A stretch of DNA of 64,000 nt from NCBI GenBank assembly GCA_030583805.1, contig CP129476.1, positions 1,094,657 to 1,158,656 of the forward strand, in the 5' to 3' direction. The translations under genes were made by a program, and so were the position numbers. Positions 46,977-56,787 of this stretch are shown here, in pieces; the stretch's first letter is position 1, and each line of letters starts with the position of its first letter. Origin of the DNA: Patescibacteria group bacterium (GTDB lineage Bacteria > Patescibacteriota > Patescibacteriia > SG8-24 > DYFX01). A model generated the notes under the pieces. That model saw only the letters and a list, made by a program, of their open reading frames with translations, ran no database searches and was not told the DNA's origin.

Positions 46977-48629
46977 ATGAAACGACTCCTCGCCGCGCTC
47001 GCGATCATCGGATTGTTTCCGTTTGCGTCCGCCAATGCGCAAGCGGCGTGGAGCATGGAAAGTTTCGATGTCGATCTGACCGTGCGTCAGGACGGAGTCC
47101 TGGAAGTGCGTGAAACGATCGTCGCCGATTTTTTGACCGCGCGGCACGGCATCTACCGGTATGTTCCGTATCAGGGCTACGACGATCAAGGTAAAAAGTA
47201 CGTACTGGACGTCAAGCTGCAAGGCGTCATGCTGGACGGCCTCGTCGCGAAGGCATCGAGCTCCAGGCGCGACGGCAACGTCGTTTGGAAAATCGGCGAT
47301 CCGGACGCGACGATCGCTGGCCGCCATACGTACGTGCTGTCGTATCTCGTCGAAGGCGCGATCGGCCGCTACGAGTCTTTCGACGAACTCTATTGGAACG
47401 CAACGGGCTTTGGCTGGGACGTTCCGCTGCCGGCTGCGACCGTGAGCGTCAAGCTTCCCGACGGCGTCGAGCCGACGCAAAGCGCGTGTTATACGGGCGA
47501 CTACGGATCCGCGGAACAGTATTGCGAGATTGAAACGTTCGCGGGCGAAACGCGCGTCAGGTCTTCGTATAGCGGGGAAGCGCTCACGGTTGCCGTCGGT
47601 TTCCCTAAGGGCGCCGTGGCCGAGCCTCCGTTCTGGAAGCGCGTTTTGGCTTGGCTGCGCATGTATGCGGTCTGGTTCTTGCCGCTCGCCGTCTTGGCGT
47701 TCGCCTATCGCGCCTGGCGCAGGCATGGCGCCGATGCGCCGCTCGGCACGATCGTTGCGCAATACGAGCCGCCAGCCGGGCTTTCGCCTGCCGAAACGCG
47801 GGCGCTTCTCTCGCAGAGCGCGCAAGCCAAAGACCTGACCTCGACGATCATCGATCTCGCCGCCCGCGGCCACTTGGCGATTCAAGAATCCGAAAAGAAG
47901 GGGATCCTGCGCACGTCGAAAGAGTACGCGCTAGTTTCCGCGAAGGAACCGGTCGTCGACGCGTCGCTCAAGGACTTCGAGCGCACGCTGCTCGCGGCGT
48001 TGTTCGACGGTCAGGCCGGAAGAAACGTTCCCATCTCTTCGCTTCGAAAAACGTTCCATACGCACGTGCAGGAATTCGTGAAGGGCGTTACGGTCAGTCT
48101 TACGACTCAAGGCTATTTCGTCGGAGATCCCGGACGCGTTCGCGCGATTTGGATGGGTATCGGCGGCGCTTTCATCATCGCCGGCTTCTTCGCGCTCGCT
48201 TTCGCCGCGCCGCTCATGATAAGCGGCGGTATTCTCATGGTCTTTGGCTGGTTCATGCCGAAATGGTCTCCGAAGGGCCTTGAAGCCGCCCGGCACGCGA
48301 GCGGTTACAAGGAATTCATTTCCAAAGTCGAAAAATACCGCGCGCCGTGGATGGAAGATCAAAACGTCTTTTTCCGCGCCCTGCCGTACGCGATCGCCTT
48401 CGGGCTCGGAGCGAAGTGGGCCAAGGCCTTCGCGCATCTGCAGATGCAGCCGCCGAATTGGTATCACGGCGCCAATATGGCCGCCTGGTCGTCCGTCGAT
48501 TTTGAAAAAAATCTCCAGGGTTGGACGACGTCGATGATGGTCGCCGCGGTTCCGTCTTCGCGCTCCGGATCCGGCGGAGGCGGTTTCTCCGGCGGCGGTT
48601 TCGGCGGCGGAGGCGGCGGATCATGGTAG
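46977..48629 (+). CDS. DUF2207-family membrane protein with a C-terminal Gly-rich tail.
   Basis: Signal peptide, large extracellular domain, TM helices, then SGSGGGGFSGGGFGGGGGGSW. Confidence 0.7.
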   Translation: MKRLLAALAIIGLFPFASANAQAAWSMESFDVDLTVRQDGVLEVRETIVADFLTARHGIYRYVPYQGYDDQGKKYVLDVKLQGVMLDGLVAKASSSRRDGNVVWKIGDPDATIAGRHTYVLSYLVEGAIGRYESFDELYWNATGFGWDVPLPAATVSVKLPDGVEPTQSACYTGDYGSAEQYCEIETFAGETRVRSSYSGEALTVAVGFPKGAVAEPPFWKRVLAWLRMYAVWFLPLAVLAFAYRAWRRHGADAPLGTIVAQYEPPAGLSPAETRALLSQSAQAKDLTSTIIDLAARGHLAIQESEKKGILRTSKEYALVSAKEPVVDASLKDFERTLLAALFDGQAGRNVPISSLRKTFHTHVQEFVKGVTVSLTTQGYFVGDPGRVRAIWMGIGGAFIIAGFFALAFAAPLMISGGILMVFGWFMPKWSPKGLEAARHASGYKEFISKVEKYRAPWMEDQNVFFRALPYAIAFGLGAKWAKAFAHLQMQPPNWYHGANMAAWSSVDFEKNLQGWTTSMMVAAVPSSRSGSGGGGFSGGGFGGGGGGSW

Positions 48630-48639
48630 AATACCGCGC

Positions 48640-49860
48640 ATGACTGTTCTCCTTGTCGTTGGGCTTATCGTGATCGCGCTGTCCGCGCTGGCCTCAGGGT
48701 CCGAAGCGGCGCTGTTTTCCGTGTCGTACGCGCGTGCGCGCGCCCTGCTCGATGCCGGCAAGCCTGGAGCGAAAGCGCTGGTGCGGATCAAGGAAGATAT
48801 GACGCGCGCGATCGGCACGATTGTCATTATCAACAACGTCGCGAACATCGTCGGCTCGGCCTTGGTCGGCGCGCTGGCCGCCGCCGTGTTTTCCTCCGCG
48901 ATCCTGGGCGTCTTCTTTGCTTGTTTTACGCTGACGATTATCGTCTTTTCCGAACTGCTTCCGAAAACGCTGGCCGAGCAGCATGCGGACCGAATCGCGA
49001 CCTTGATCGCCCCGGCCGTGCTCATGCTCGTGAGCGTGCTGCGTCCGGTGTTGTGGCTCGTGAACGCCATGCTGCGTCCGTTCCACGTACCGCACGCCAT
49101 GCGGACGAAAGTTTCCGAGGATGAAATTAAAATGATGGCGCTGCTCGGGCGCGAGTCGGGCGCGATTGAACAGGACGAATCCGCCATGATCCGCCGCGTT
49201 TTCCGTTTGAACGACATTACGGCCGACGACATGATGACGCCGACGGACCGCGTCGAATCGATTCCCGGAGAAATCGCGATCGGGGAACAGCGGAAACGCG
49301 TTTTGGATCTGCGGCACTCGCGCGTTCCTGTGACGGGCGACGCGCCCGATCAGATTCTCGGCATCGTCCTCACGCGCGACCTGATCGCGGCGGCCGCGCG
49401 CGACGAGTTCCAAGCGACGCCGACCGACTTCCTGCAAGAAGCCTTGCGCGTTCGTCATGACGTGGCGGCTGACGACCTGTTGCCGTTGTTTCAGAAAAAA
49501 GAACAGCACCTGGCGATCGTCGAAGACGCCGACGGGCGCATGACCGGCGTCGTCACGCTTGAAGACGTGTTGGAGGAACTGGTCGGAGAAATTACCGACG
49601 AGAAAGACGTGAGACCCGAAACGATCAAGCGCGTCTCCAAGAACGAGATTATCGTCGATGAAGGCACCGCGGTTTCCAAGATCAATCACTTTTTCAACGT
49701 CGCCATCCCGTTCGACGGGCAAATCGGCGAGTACGTTCTTGAGCGCTTCAGGCGCAGGCCGAAAGTGGGCGAGACGCTTGACGAAGGCGGGTTAATCTTC
49801 GTAATCTCCTCCATGTCGCGCACGCGGCCGAAACACATCACCGTCCGCAAGCGCGGATAA
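48640..49860 (+). CDS. CNNM/CorC-HlyC family transporter (DUF21 + CBS pair + CorC_HlyC).
   Basis: DUF21 N-terminal TM domain (LSALASGSEAALFSVS), tandem CBS domains, and a C-terminal transporter-associated domain. Confidence 0.85.
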   Translation: MTVLLVVGLIVIALSALASGSEAALFSVSYARARALLDAGKPGAKALVRIKEDMTRAIGTIVIINNVANIVGSALVGALAAAVFSSAILGVFFACFTLTIIVFSELLPKTLAEQHADRIATLIAPAVLMLVSVLRPVLWLVNAMLRPFHVPHAMRTKVSEDEIKMMALLGRESGAIEQDESAMIRRVFRLNDITADDMMTPTDRVESIPGEIAIGEQRKRVLDLRHSRVPVTGDAPDQILGIVLTRDLIAAAARDEFQATPTDFLQEALRVRHDVAADDLLPLFQKKEQHLAIVEDADGRMTGVVTLEDVLEELVGEITDEKDVRPETIKRVSKNEIIVDEGTAVSKINHFFNVAIPFDGQIGEYVLERFRRRPKVGETLDEGGLIFVISSMSRTRPKHITVRKRG

Positions 49861-49874
49861 GCAGGAGGTTCGAC

Positions 49875-50168
49875 ATGGGGGTAGATCCCAAGCGCCAGTG
49901 GCACGAGCAAGTACGGAGCGCGCTCGAGAAGTGCGATCATGACACCAGCCCCGACGCGTTCGCCGCGCTCATCGCCGTGATGCTGTACGGCAAGGAGAAT
50001 CCCCAGGATTTCCTCGCCAGTCTCGCCGGCTTCACGCACGACCAGGAGAAGCTCTGGATCCAGGCCTGGGCCAAGGGCGCCATGGTGCCGACGCCCAGGA
50101 TGCGCCAGATGATCGTCTTCGGCGTGCGGGAACACCTCTCCAAGTTCCGAGAGGGTGGTCATGCCTGA
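49875..50168 (+). CDS. Hypothetical small protein, 97 aa; first gene of a compositionally atypical two-gene cassette.
   Basis: SD aagcaggagg before the ATG. Codons are AAG/GAG-only with high GC3, unlike the flanking genes. Confidence 0.5.
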   Translation: MGVDPKRQWHEQVRSALEKCDHDTSPDAFAALIAVMLYGKENPQDFLASLAGFTHDQEKLWIQAWAKGAMVPTPRMRQMIVFGVREHLSKFREGGHA

Positions 50169-50430
50169 CGACGCGCGCCGCGCCATGAAGGAGAAGCTGC
50201 TCGACGACGCTCGCGCCTGGGAGACGGATCATCCCGACCGCAGCTTCGTCGACATTCTGCGGAACGCCATCGATCTCGATCCGACGTACCTCGATCGCCT
50301 GCGCGGCTCGCTCGGGCTCGAAGAGGAGGATGTGCTCGACTGGTGCGCCGGTCGCGCGCTTCCCGACACGTTCGCCCGTTGGGCCGTGATCGACGATCTG
50401 AAGAAGTTTCTCGAAGCCGACCTCGACTGA
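50161..50430 (+). CDS. Hypothetical small acidic protein, 89 aa; second cassette gene.
   Basis: 8-nt overlap with the previous gene and the same atypical codon usage. A terminator follows at 50432-50453. Confidence 0.5.
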   Translation: MPDDARRAMKEKLLDDARAWETDHPDRSFVDILRNAIDLDPTYLDRLRGSLGLEEEDVLDWCAGRALPDTFARWAVIDDLKKFLEADLD

Positions 50431-50431
50431 C

Positions 50432-50453
50432 CCCGCATCGCGCGGGGTTTTTC
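50432..50453 (+). terminator. Intrinsic terminator (ccccgc-atcgc-gcgggg + TTTTT).
   Basis: Visible after the stop at 50430. Confidence 0.65.
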
Positions 50454-50491
50454 ATTTGCCTTGTTCGCCCCTTGAACGCTAGACTGGCGCC

Positions 50492-52567
50492 ATGAAAACG
50501 TACGTCCTCAAAAAATCGGGAGACGCGCCCGAATTCCGCATCGACTACGCGGCGGAATTGAACGAAGAGCAGCTCGCCGTCGTCATGAATGGCGACGGGC
50601 CGTGCTTGGTCTTGGCCGGCGCGGGTTCCGGCAAGACGCGCACGATCGTCTACCGGGTCGCGTATTTGCTGGAGAAGGGTGTGCTGCCGGAGCAGATCCT
50701 GCTTTTGACCTTCACGAATAAAGCGGCGCGGGAAATGCGCGAGCGCGTCGCTTCCCTGATCGGCGCGGAACCGTCGCGTCTGTGGGGCGGCACGTTCCAC
50801 CACGTTTGCCACCGCATCTTGCGGGAGCGGGGGAATCGCGTCGGCTTGCGCGAAGGCTTCACGATCCTCGATTCCGAAGACGCCAAGGATTTGATGAAGG
50901 CCTGTGTGCGGGAACTCGGCGTCGACACGAAAGCGAAGCGTTTTCCGTCGCCGGCGGTGCTTTTGAGCCTCGCGTCATTTTCGTTCAACGCGGGGTTGTC
51001 GATTCCGGAAACGATCGAAGCGAAGCATCCGGCGTTCCGCGACCACGCTTCGTCCATCGAAGACGTCGTCGCGCGCTACATGGCGAAAAAGCGCGCCTCG
51101 AACGCCGTCGACTTCGACGATCTTCTGCTGCTCACGGCCAAGCTCCTGCGCGAAGACGACGACTCGCGCAAGCGCTACGCCGAACAATTCCGGTACATCC
51201 TTGTCGACGAGTACCAGGACACCAACCGTATCCAAGCGGAAATCGTCTGCCGGCTGGCCACGGTACACAACAACGTCGTCGTCGTCGGCGATGACGCGCA
51301 GTCCATCTACTCCTTCCGCGGCGCCGACATCCGCAACATTTTGGCGTTCCCGAAACTGTTCTCGAACACCAAGACGTTCCGCCTCGAGACCAACTACCGT
51401 TCGACGCCGGAGATTCTCGACTTGGCAAACGACGTCATTTCGAAAAATACCGAACAGTTCCCGAAGGAACTGAAGAGCATGAAGGCTTCGTTCGCCAAGC
51501 CGTCGGTCGTGAACGCCGTCTCCGGCGCGCAAGAAGCGGAATTTGTCGCCCAGCGCATTCTTGAACTGCACGACGAGGGCACGCCGTTCGACGAAATCGC
51601 CGTGCTCTTCCGCGCCACCTTCCATTCGCAGGCGCTTGAATTCGAACTCATGAAGCGCGGCATCCCGTACGACTACCGCGGCGGCATGAAGTTTTTCGAT
51701 CGTGCGCACATTAAGGATGCGCTGGCCTTTTTGCGCATCGCCACGAACAAGGACGACGAGGTCGCTTGGATGCGCATCCTGTCGCTCCAGGTCGGTATCG
51801 GCCCGGCCACGGCCGTGAGGCTGTTCGAACGCGTCCGTGCCCTCTCGACGCTCGACGACGTCGCTGACGACGCCGCGATCGGCTTGCCGAGCCGCGCCGC
51901 AGCGGGCTGGAAAGCTTTTTTGAAGACGTTCGGCGACGTGCTCGACGCCCGGCCGTCCCCGTCGAACATGCTGCGGACCGTGGCGGATTCGGAATACAAA
52001 ATCTATCTCGAAAACGAGTATCCGGATTACCGCGACCGGCTTGAAGACCTCGAGCAGATCGCGGGCTTTGCCGAACAGTACCCCGACGTCGAATCCTTCC
52101 TGGCCGACGCCGCGCTGCGCGACGATATCGCCGCCGCCGGCAAGAACGCGCGCATCCTCCTGCCGACCGACACCGAGGACGGCAAAGTCGTGCTCTCGAC
52201 GATTCATCAAGCCAAAGGTCTCGAATGGGACGCCGTTTTTGTCATTCACATGACGCAAGGCGCTTTTCCGAACAAGCGCGCACTGGTGGAAGGGGATGCG
52301 GGTTCGGGGCTGGAAGAGGAACGCCGCCTTTTTTACGTAGCCGTGACGCGCGCCCGCCGCGACCTCTGGCTCACGTATCCCATCACGACTGGGTACGGGG
52401 ATTTTTCCTTCGAGCCGAAATCAGAATTTCTTCAAGAGATCTCGCCGCGCTTGGTCGAGGAAATCCGCATCGAAGAATCCTACGACGATCTGCCGACGAT
52501 TTCGTACGATGAAAACGGCGATCCGATCCAGCGCAAAGGGCTGTTGAAAGACATCGACGAATATTGA
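50492..52567 (+). CDS. UvrD/PcrA-family ATP-dependent DNA helicase.
   Basis: Helicase motifs: AGAGSGKT (Walker A), DEYQDTN, and the full set of SF1 motifs; 691 aa. A TAGACT -10 lies 6 nt upstream of the ATG. Confidence 0.9.
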   Translation: MKTYVLKKSGDAPEFRIDYAAELNEEQLAVVMNGDGPCLVLAGAGSGKTRTIVYRVAYLLEKGVLPEQILLLTFTNKAAREMRERVASLIGAEPSRLWGGTFHHVCHRILRERGNRVGLREGFTILDSEDAKDLMKACVRELGVDTKAKRFPSPAVLLSLASFSFNAGLSIPETIEAKHPAFRDHASSIEDVVARYMAKKRASNAVDFDDLLLLTAKLLREDDDSRKRYAEQFRYILVDEYQDTNRIQAEIVCRLATVHNNVVVVGDDAQSIYSFRGADIRNILAFPKLFSNTKTFRLETNYRSTPEILDLANDVISKNTEQFPKELKSMKASFAKPSVVNAVSGAQEAEFVAQRILELHDEGTPFDEIAVLFRATFHSQALEFELMKRGIPYDYRGGMKFFDRAHIKDALAFLRIATNKDDEVAWMRILSLQVGIGPATAVRLFERVRALSTLDDVADDAAIGLPSRAAAGWKAFLKTFGDVLDARPSPSNMLRTVADSEYKIYLENEYPDYRDRLEDLEQIAGFAEQYPDVESFLADAALRDDIAAAGKNARILLPTDTEDGKVVLSTIHQAKGLEWDAVFVIHMTQGAFPNKRALVEGDAGSGLEEERRLFYVAVTRARRDLWLTYPITTGYGDFSFEPKSEFLQEISPRLVEEIRIEESYDDLPTISYDENGDPIQRKGLLKDIDEY

Positions 52568-52574
52568 GCCATAT

Positions 52575-52613
52575 AAAAACCCAGGATGTCATGCCTGGGA
52601 TTTGCCGTTTTTT
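52575..52613. terminator. Bidirectional terminator (aaaaa cccagg-atgtcatg-cctggg a-tttgccgtttttt) between the helicase and the DHH gene.
   Basis: Hairpin with A and T flanks. Confidence 0.6.
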
Positions 52614-53689
52614 CCGTTCCGGTCGCTGCCGCCGCGTCCGCGCATCTGCTGGATGCGGCACTTGTATTGCGCGCTGAGGAACTTGATGAGCAGCTCGGCC
52701 GTATCGGGGAAGGGTACGTGCGGTTCGGCAAGCTGGTAGCGCGCGCCGCCGGATCCGTGCTTGGCGCCGCCCTTGCCTTTGCCGAAGATCGCTTCGATGA
52801 ACTTCGTGAGCGGCAACTCTTTGCTGTAGCTGCGGATCGAAGCCCGTACCCAGCCGCCGGTGACGCCCCAGATGACGGTCGTCGCCGCGCCTTCGTTGCG
52901 GCGCTGGCGGTTGGCGATGATCGAAAGCAGGTCGCCGTCCTCTTCCTTCATGAGACTTGTCGCGTGGGCGATGCGCACACCGTCGACCATCTCGAGAGTG
53001 GAGAGCACTTCGCGCTCGAGATCCGCGAACTGAGGCGGCAGGCGAAAGTTGAAGCTGGCTTCGAGCTTTTCCTGGTCGCCTTCGCTCATGAGCCAGGCGA
53101 ACGATTGGATGTCCTCGTTGCGCGTGATGCTGAGCGTTAGTTGCTCGGTATCGGAGTGGATGCCGACGGCCGCCAGCGTACGCAGCTGTTTGTCCAGCGG
53201 GACTTCGAGCGCTCGCGCCAAGAGGGTGCAAAGCGTCGTAGCCGAACCGCAGGACTCGATGAGATCGAAACCGTCCTTGATCTTCGTCGTCTGATCGAGG
53301 TGGTGATCGACGCGGAAGATGAAGCGTGCAGGATCGATCCGGACTTCGGAGCCGAACCGGGCGTCTTCGAACCGCGACGAATCGACGAGGCCGAGCGGCC
53401 CTTGTTCGGGCAGCTCGGAGATCGGCCGCATCGTTTTCATCAGCTCCCACTCGTTGTAGATGAGCTGGTTTTGCGGATGACCGAAGCTGCCGGCGTAATA
53501 GATCTCGCAGGCGATGCCCCGGGATTCGAAAATCGCTTTGGAAACGTGGGCCGAGGCGATGCCGTCGGGGTCGACCTGCGCGACGATGATGCTGATGCTC
53601 TCGCCGGTTTTCCATGATTCGAGCAGTTGCATGAACTGGCGCACCAGATCAGCTTTCAGAAAACCGCTGTCGTTGGAATGAGCTGGCAT
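52589..53689 (-). CDS. DHH-family phosphoesterase (NrnA-like; DHH + DHHA1) with a basic C-terminal tail.
   Basis: Motifs AQVDPDG, VDHH, and a GGGH-like DHHA1 motif (GGAKHGSGG). ATG at 53689 with SD ggaggaag. Confidence 0.75.
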   Translation of the reverse strand: MPAHSNDSGFLKADLVRQFMQLLESWKTGESISIIVAQVDPDGIASAHVSKAIFESRGIACEIYYAGSFGHPQNQLIYNEWELMKTMRPISELPEQGPLGLVDSSRFEDARFGSEVRIDPARFIFRVDHHLDQTTKIKDGFDLIESCGSATTLCTLLARALEVPLDKQLRTLAAVGIHSDTEQLTLSITRNEDIQSFAWLMSEGDQEKLEASFNFRLPPQFADLEREVLSTLEMVDGVRIAHATSLMKEEDGDLLSIIANRQRRNEGAATTVIWGVTGGWVRASIRSYSKELPLTKFIEAIFGKGKGGAKHGSGGARYQLAEPHVPFPDTAELLIKFLSAQYKCRIQQMRGRGGSDRNGKNGKSQA

Positions 53690-53765
53690 GCTTCCTCCGT
53701 CCGCGAGCATACTCCTTTTGCGAGGTGCGTCAATGTGCTACATTCGTGCCGGAGGAAATCCATCT

Positions 53766-54302
53766 ATGGTTCAGACGACGCCGAACAAGGAGTACGAAGA
53801 AAAGTTTCTCGTGCGGCAGGATCTCTTGCCGAACGAGCTTCTTTTGAACCTCTCGGACATCCGGCAGGGCTTCCTCTCGCTCGAGCCCGTCGTGCGCATC
53901 CGCGAGCAGGACGGCGTCTACATCGCCGAGTTCAAGGGCGGAAACGACGACGAAATTCTCATCGGTCACCCCTCTTCGAAAGACGGGGCGCAGCTTCTCG
54001 GGCATTGCGCGGCCGTGGCCGGCATCGTCACGAAAGGGCGCGCCCGCATCGCGGCCGGATTCGACCGGCGGGTATGGGAACTCGACGTCTTCCGCGGCAA
54101 GAACGCGCCGCTCATGGTCGTCGAAATCGAGAAGCCTACGAAGCGCTATCCGCTCAAACGGTACAAGAAGCTCTGGCCCGAGTGGGTCGGCAAGAACGTC
54201 ACGAAGGACAAGCGTTTCAAGAACAAGGCGCTCGCCGTCCGGCCGTTCGCGAGCTGGCCGAAGGCGGAACGCAAAGAAATCCTCAAATTAATGGGCCTTT
54301 AG
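53766..54302 (+). CDS. CYTH-domain protein (triphosphate tunnel metalloenzyme-like).
   Basis: N-terminal EYEEKFLV (the ExExK motif), with the later acidic strand MVVEIE; 178 aa. Confidence 0.6.
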   Translation: MVQTTPNKEYEEKFLVRQDLLPNELLLNLSDIRQGFLSLEPVVRIREQDGVYIAEFKGGNDDEILIGHPSSKDGAQLLGHCAAVAGIVTKGRARIAAGFDRRVWELDVFRGKNAPLMVVEIEKPTKRYPLKRYKKLWPEWVGKNVTKDKRFKNKALAVRPFASWPKAERKEILKLMGL

Positions 54303-54439
54303 CCCATTTTTTCTTTGTGGATAACCCGGGGTTGTGCCTGGGGGCAGAGGTTCTATACTAGGGGCACCTAACGGACACCGCGTATGTTGAACCGGACGCA
54401 ATTCATTGCACGGAACGCATCCGATTTCCGATTGGTATC

Positions 54440-54468
54440 AAAAAACTCTTCGTCGTGAAGAGTTTTTT
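54440..54468 (+). promoter_or_regulatory. Perfect palindromic hairpin (aaaaaactcttc-gtcgt-gaagagtttttt) in the 5' region of the large atypical gene; terminator or attenuator-like.
   Basis: 12-nt perfect arms with A and T flanks. A TATACT -10-like element lies 85 nt upstream at 54354. Confidence 0.45.
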
Positions 54469-54522
54469 GGTCGCTCCTTGATCGGAGCTCTTTCCAAAGC
54501 CCACAGACCAGAGAGGTATGTC

Positions 54523-56787
54523 ATGTCGAAGGAAAAGACCCCGCGTGAAGTCGTTGCGGCGGCCGCTTCGGCGGTCTGCGGCAAGCCCCGCGTGATCACG
54601 CACGAGGAGCGCAACCAGATCAACGAACGCTGCCGGACGCAGGGCATCGGTCGTCGCAGCGTCGGCGAGTATCTCGCCACGCTCGGCTACGCGATGCCGG
54701 ATCCGGCGCGTCAGCAGCCCACGCTGCTCAAGCTGATCGAAGCGGCCTTCACCAAGGCGGCGGCGATCAAGGATCCCGAGGAGCTGCGCAAGCACAAGGG
54801 TGCCGTCGTTCAGGCGATCGCCAAGGAGGCCGAGAACCTCGGCATTCCGGCGCCGTCCTGGAACGTCGTTCGCGAGATCGCTCGCAACTTCGCCTGGCCG
54901 GCCTGGCCGAACCTGGGCGTGCAGCGAAGCGAAGAGGATGAGAAGTTGAAGCGTACGTTGGACTCGATGCGCAAGTTCGCGAAGGTCTACAACGACTTCA
55001 AGACGTGTCCGCTGATGCACGACCTGCTCCGGGTGCTCTACCCCGACAGCGTTCAGAAGGATCAGCGCGCCTTGCTCAAGCGCAAGATCGCGGCGTACCG
55101 CGCATTCCGCGCGGCGCATCCGGAGCACAACCTCCCGGAGCTCATCCTGCGCAAGGGCAAGGACGGCAGCATGATCGGGATCCCGGAGGGCGTGCGCGAG
55201 CAGCTCGCCGAGTTCCAGATCGACGTGCAGACGGTGCAGAAGGCCAAGGGCCTGATCATCACGTCCGCGCAGTTCGGCGCCACGCTGAACATCGACGCCT
55301 TCGACGCGTTCAAGCGCTATGCCAAGCACCTCGGCTACGTCCTGGTCGTCATGCCGATCAAGTACGGCGCGATCAAGACGGTGCACCAGAAGGAGCAGGA
55401 CAAGCGCGTGCTCATGTCGACCTTCGACGAGCGCCTCAAGGGGTACATGCTCTTCGAGGATCAGAGCGTCGCGGGCGACATGCTCACGCTGAACACGCTA
55501 CGGCTGCGTCCGACGCTCACCACCTTCCTCACGGATCCTGTCTGTGAGCGAGGCGGCGACGCGTCGCAGATCTTCGCGGCGCCAAAGCTCGAGCTCGAGT
55601 ACCGGCCCCGTTTGCGGCACGACTACCCGAAGGCGATCATGACGACGGGCGCGGTGACGCACCCGAACTACAACGTCGACAACCTCGGGCAGCAGGACCG
55701 CACGGGCGAGATTGCGCGCGCGGAGCATACCTACTCGGCGATCATCGTCGAGTTCACGGGCAAGAAGACGTTCCACTTCCGCCAGCTCTTGGCCAACACC
55801 AAGGGCGAGTTCTACGACATCGATCCGCTTCGCGGCGGCGCCGTCTTCGTGACTCCCAAGTCCGTGACGCACGCTCCTGACGCGGTCGAGGCGGTGGTGC
55901 TGGGCGACTGGCACGTCGGCAAGACGCACCCGGACGTGCGCAAGATCACGTTCGAGGACATGCTGCCGACGCTCAAGCCGAAGCACATCGTCCTCCACGA
56001 CCTGTTCGACGGCGACAGCATCAGCCACTGGGAAGAGAAGCAGGGGTCGCGGCGCGCCTACAAGGGCTCGCACTTCGCCAACGCGCTCGAGCCCGAGCTG
56101 AAGGCTGTCGGCAATGAGCTGGCCTGGATGGGGCGGTGCGTGCAGGGAGCCAAGCTGCACGTCGTGGCCTCGAACCACAACGAGTTCCTTCGCAAGTGGC
56201 TCGAAGAGGGGCGGTGGAAGCACGATGACGTGAACATCGTCATCGCGGCCGAGCTGTTCCTGGCGCTGCAGAAGGACTTGCAGCGACGTGATCCCGAGGC
56301 GCACGAGTTGGCGCCGATGGACCCCGTCAACTGGTGGCTCGATCAGCAGAAGTTGCCGAACGTGGTGACGCACAGCCGGCGCAGCACGCTGATCCTGCCG
56401 CAAGGCGAGAAGGCCAAGAAGATCATGCTCTCGCTGCATGGCGACATCGGCCCGCGCGGTCAGAAGGCCGGCGCGCTGAACGCGTTCCGCAAGTGGAACC
56501 ATTGGCTCATCGTCGGCCACGATCACTCCGGAGCGATCCGGGGACCGATCTGGCGCGTGGGCACGTCGTCGCACCTCACGGATCATTACGTGAGCGGTCC
56601 GTCCACCAACTGGACGCACACGCACGCCGTCGTGTACGCCAACGGTCAGCGTCAGCTGATCAACATCATGAACGGCACCTACCACGGCCGCCGGAAGCAC
56701 CGCTCGAAGAGCGCGGGGCTCCAACCGGAAGGCGCGCGGAAGCCGCTCAAGAAGAAGGCACGTACGACGCGCAAGCGCGCTGCGTAA
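54523..56787 (+). CDS. Large hypothetical protein, 755 aa: an N-terminal domain of about 440 aa with unknown function, a C-terminal calcineurin-like metallophosphoesterase domain, and a polybasic tail.
   Basis: MPE motifs in order: GDWHVG, HDLFDGD, SNHNE, LHGD, PRG, GHDH. C-terminal tail GRRKHRSKS...KPLKKKARTTRKRAA. Codon usage is strikingly atypical (AAG/GAG almost exclusively, very high GC3). ATG at 54523. Confidence 0.65.
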   Translation: MSKEKTPREVVAAAASAVCGKPRVITHEERNQINERCRTQGIGRRSVGEYLATLGYAMPDPARQQPTLLKLIEAAFTKAAAIKDPEELRKHKGAVVQAIAKEAENLGIPAPSWNVVREIARNFAWPAWPNLGVQRSEEDEKLKRTLDSMRKFAKVYNDFKTCPLMHDLLRVLYPDSVQKDQRALLKRKIAAYRAFRAAHPEHNLPELILRKGKDGSMIGIPEGVREQLAEFQIDVQTVQKAKGLIITSAQFGATLNIDAFDAFKRYAKHLGYVLVVMPIKYGAIKTVHQKEQDKRVLMSTFDERLKGYMLFEDQSVAGDMLTLNTLRLRPTLTTFLTDPVCERGGDASQIFAAPKLELEYRPRLRHDYPKAIMTTGAVTHPNYNVDNLGQQDRTGEIARAEHTYSAIIVEFTGKKTFHFRQLLANTKGEFYDIDPLRGGAVFVTPKSVTHAPDAVEAVVLGDWHVGKTHPDVRKITFEDMLPTLKPKHIVLHDLFDGDSISHWEEKQGSRRAYKGSHFANALEPELKAVGNELAWMGRCVQGAKLHVVASNHNEFLRKWLEEGRWKHDDVNIVIAAELFLALQKDLQRRDPEAHELAPMDPVNWWLDQQKLPNVVTHSRRSTLILPQGEKAKKIMLSLHGDIGPRGQKAGALNAFRKWNHWLIVGHDHSGAIRGPIWRVGTSSHLTDHYVSGPSTNWTHTHAVVYANGQRQLINIMNGTYHGRRKHRSKSAGLQPEGARKPLKKKARTTRKRAA

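Noticed and set aside
50975-52258. 427-aa minus-strand ORF.
   Set aside because: It is antisense to the UvrD/PcrA helicase gene.
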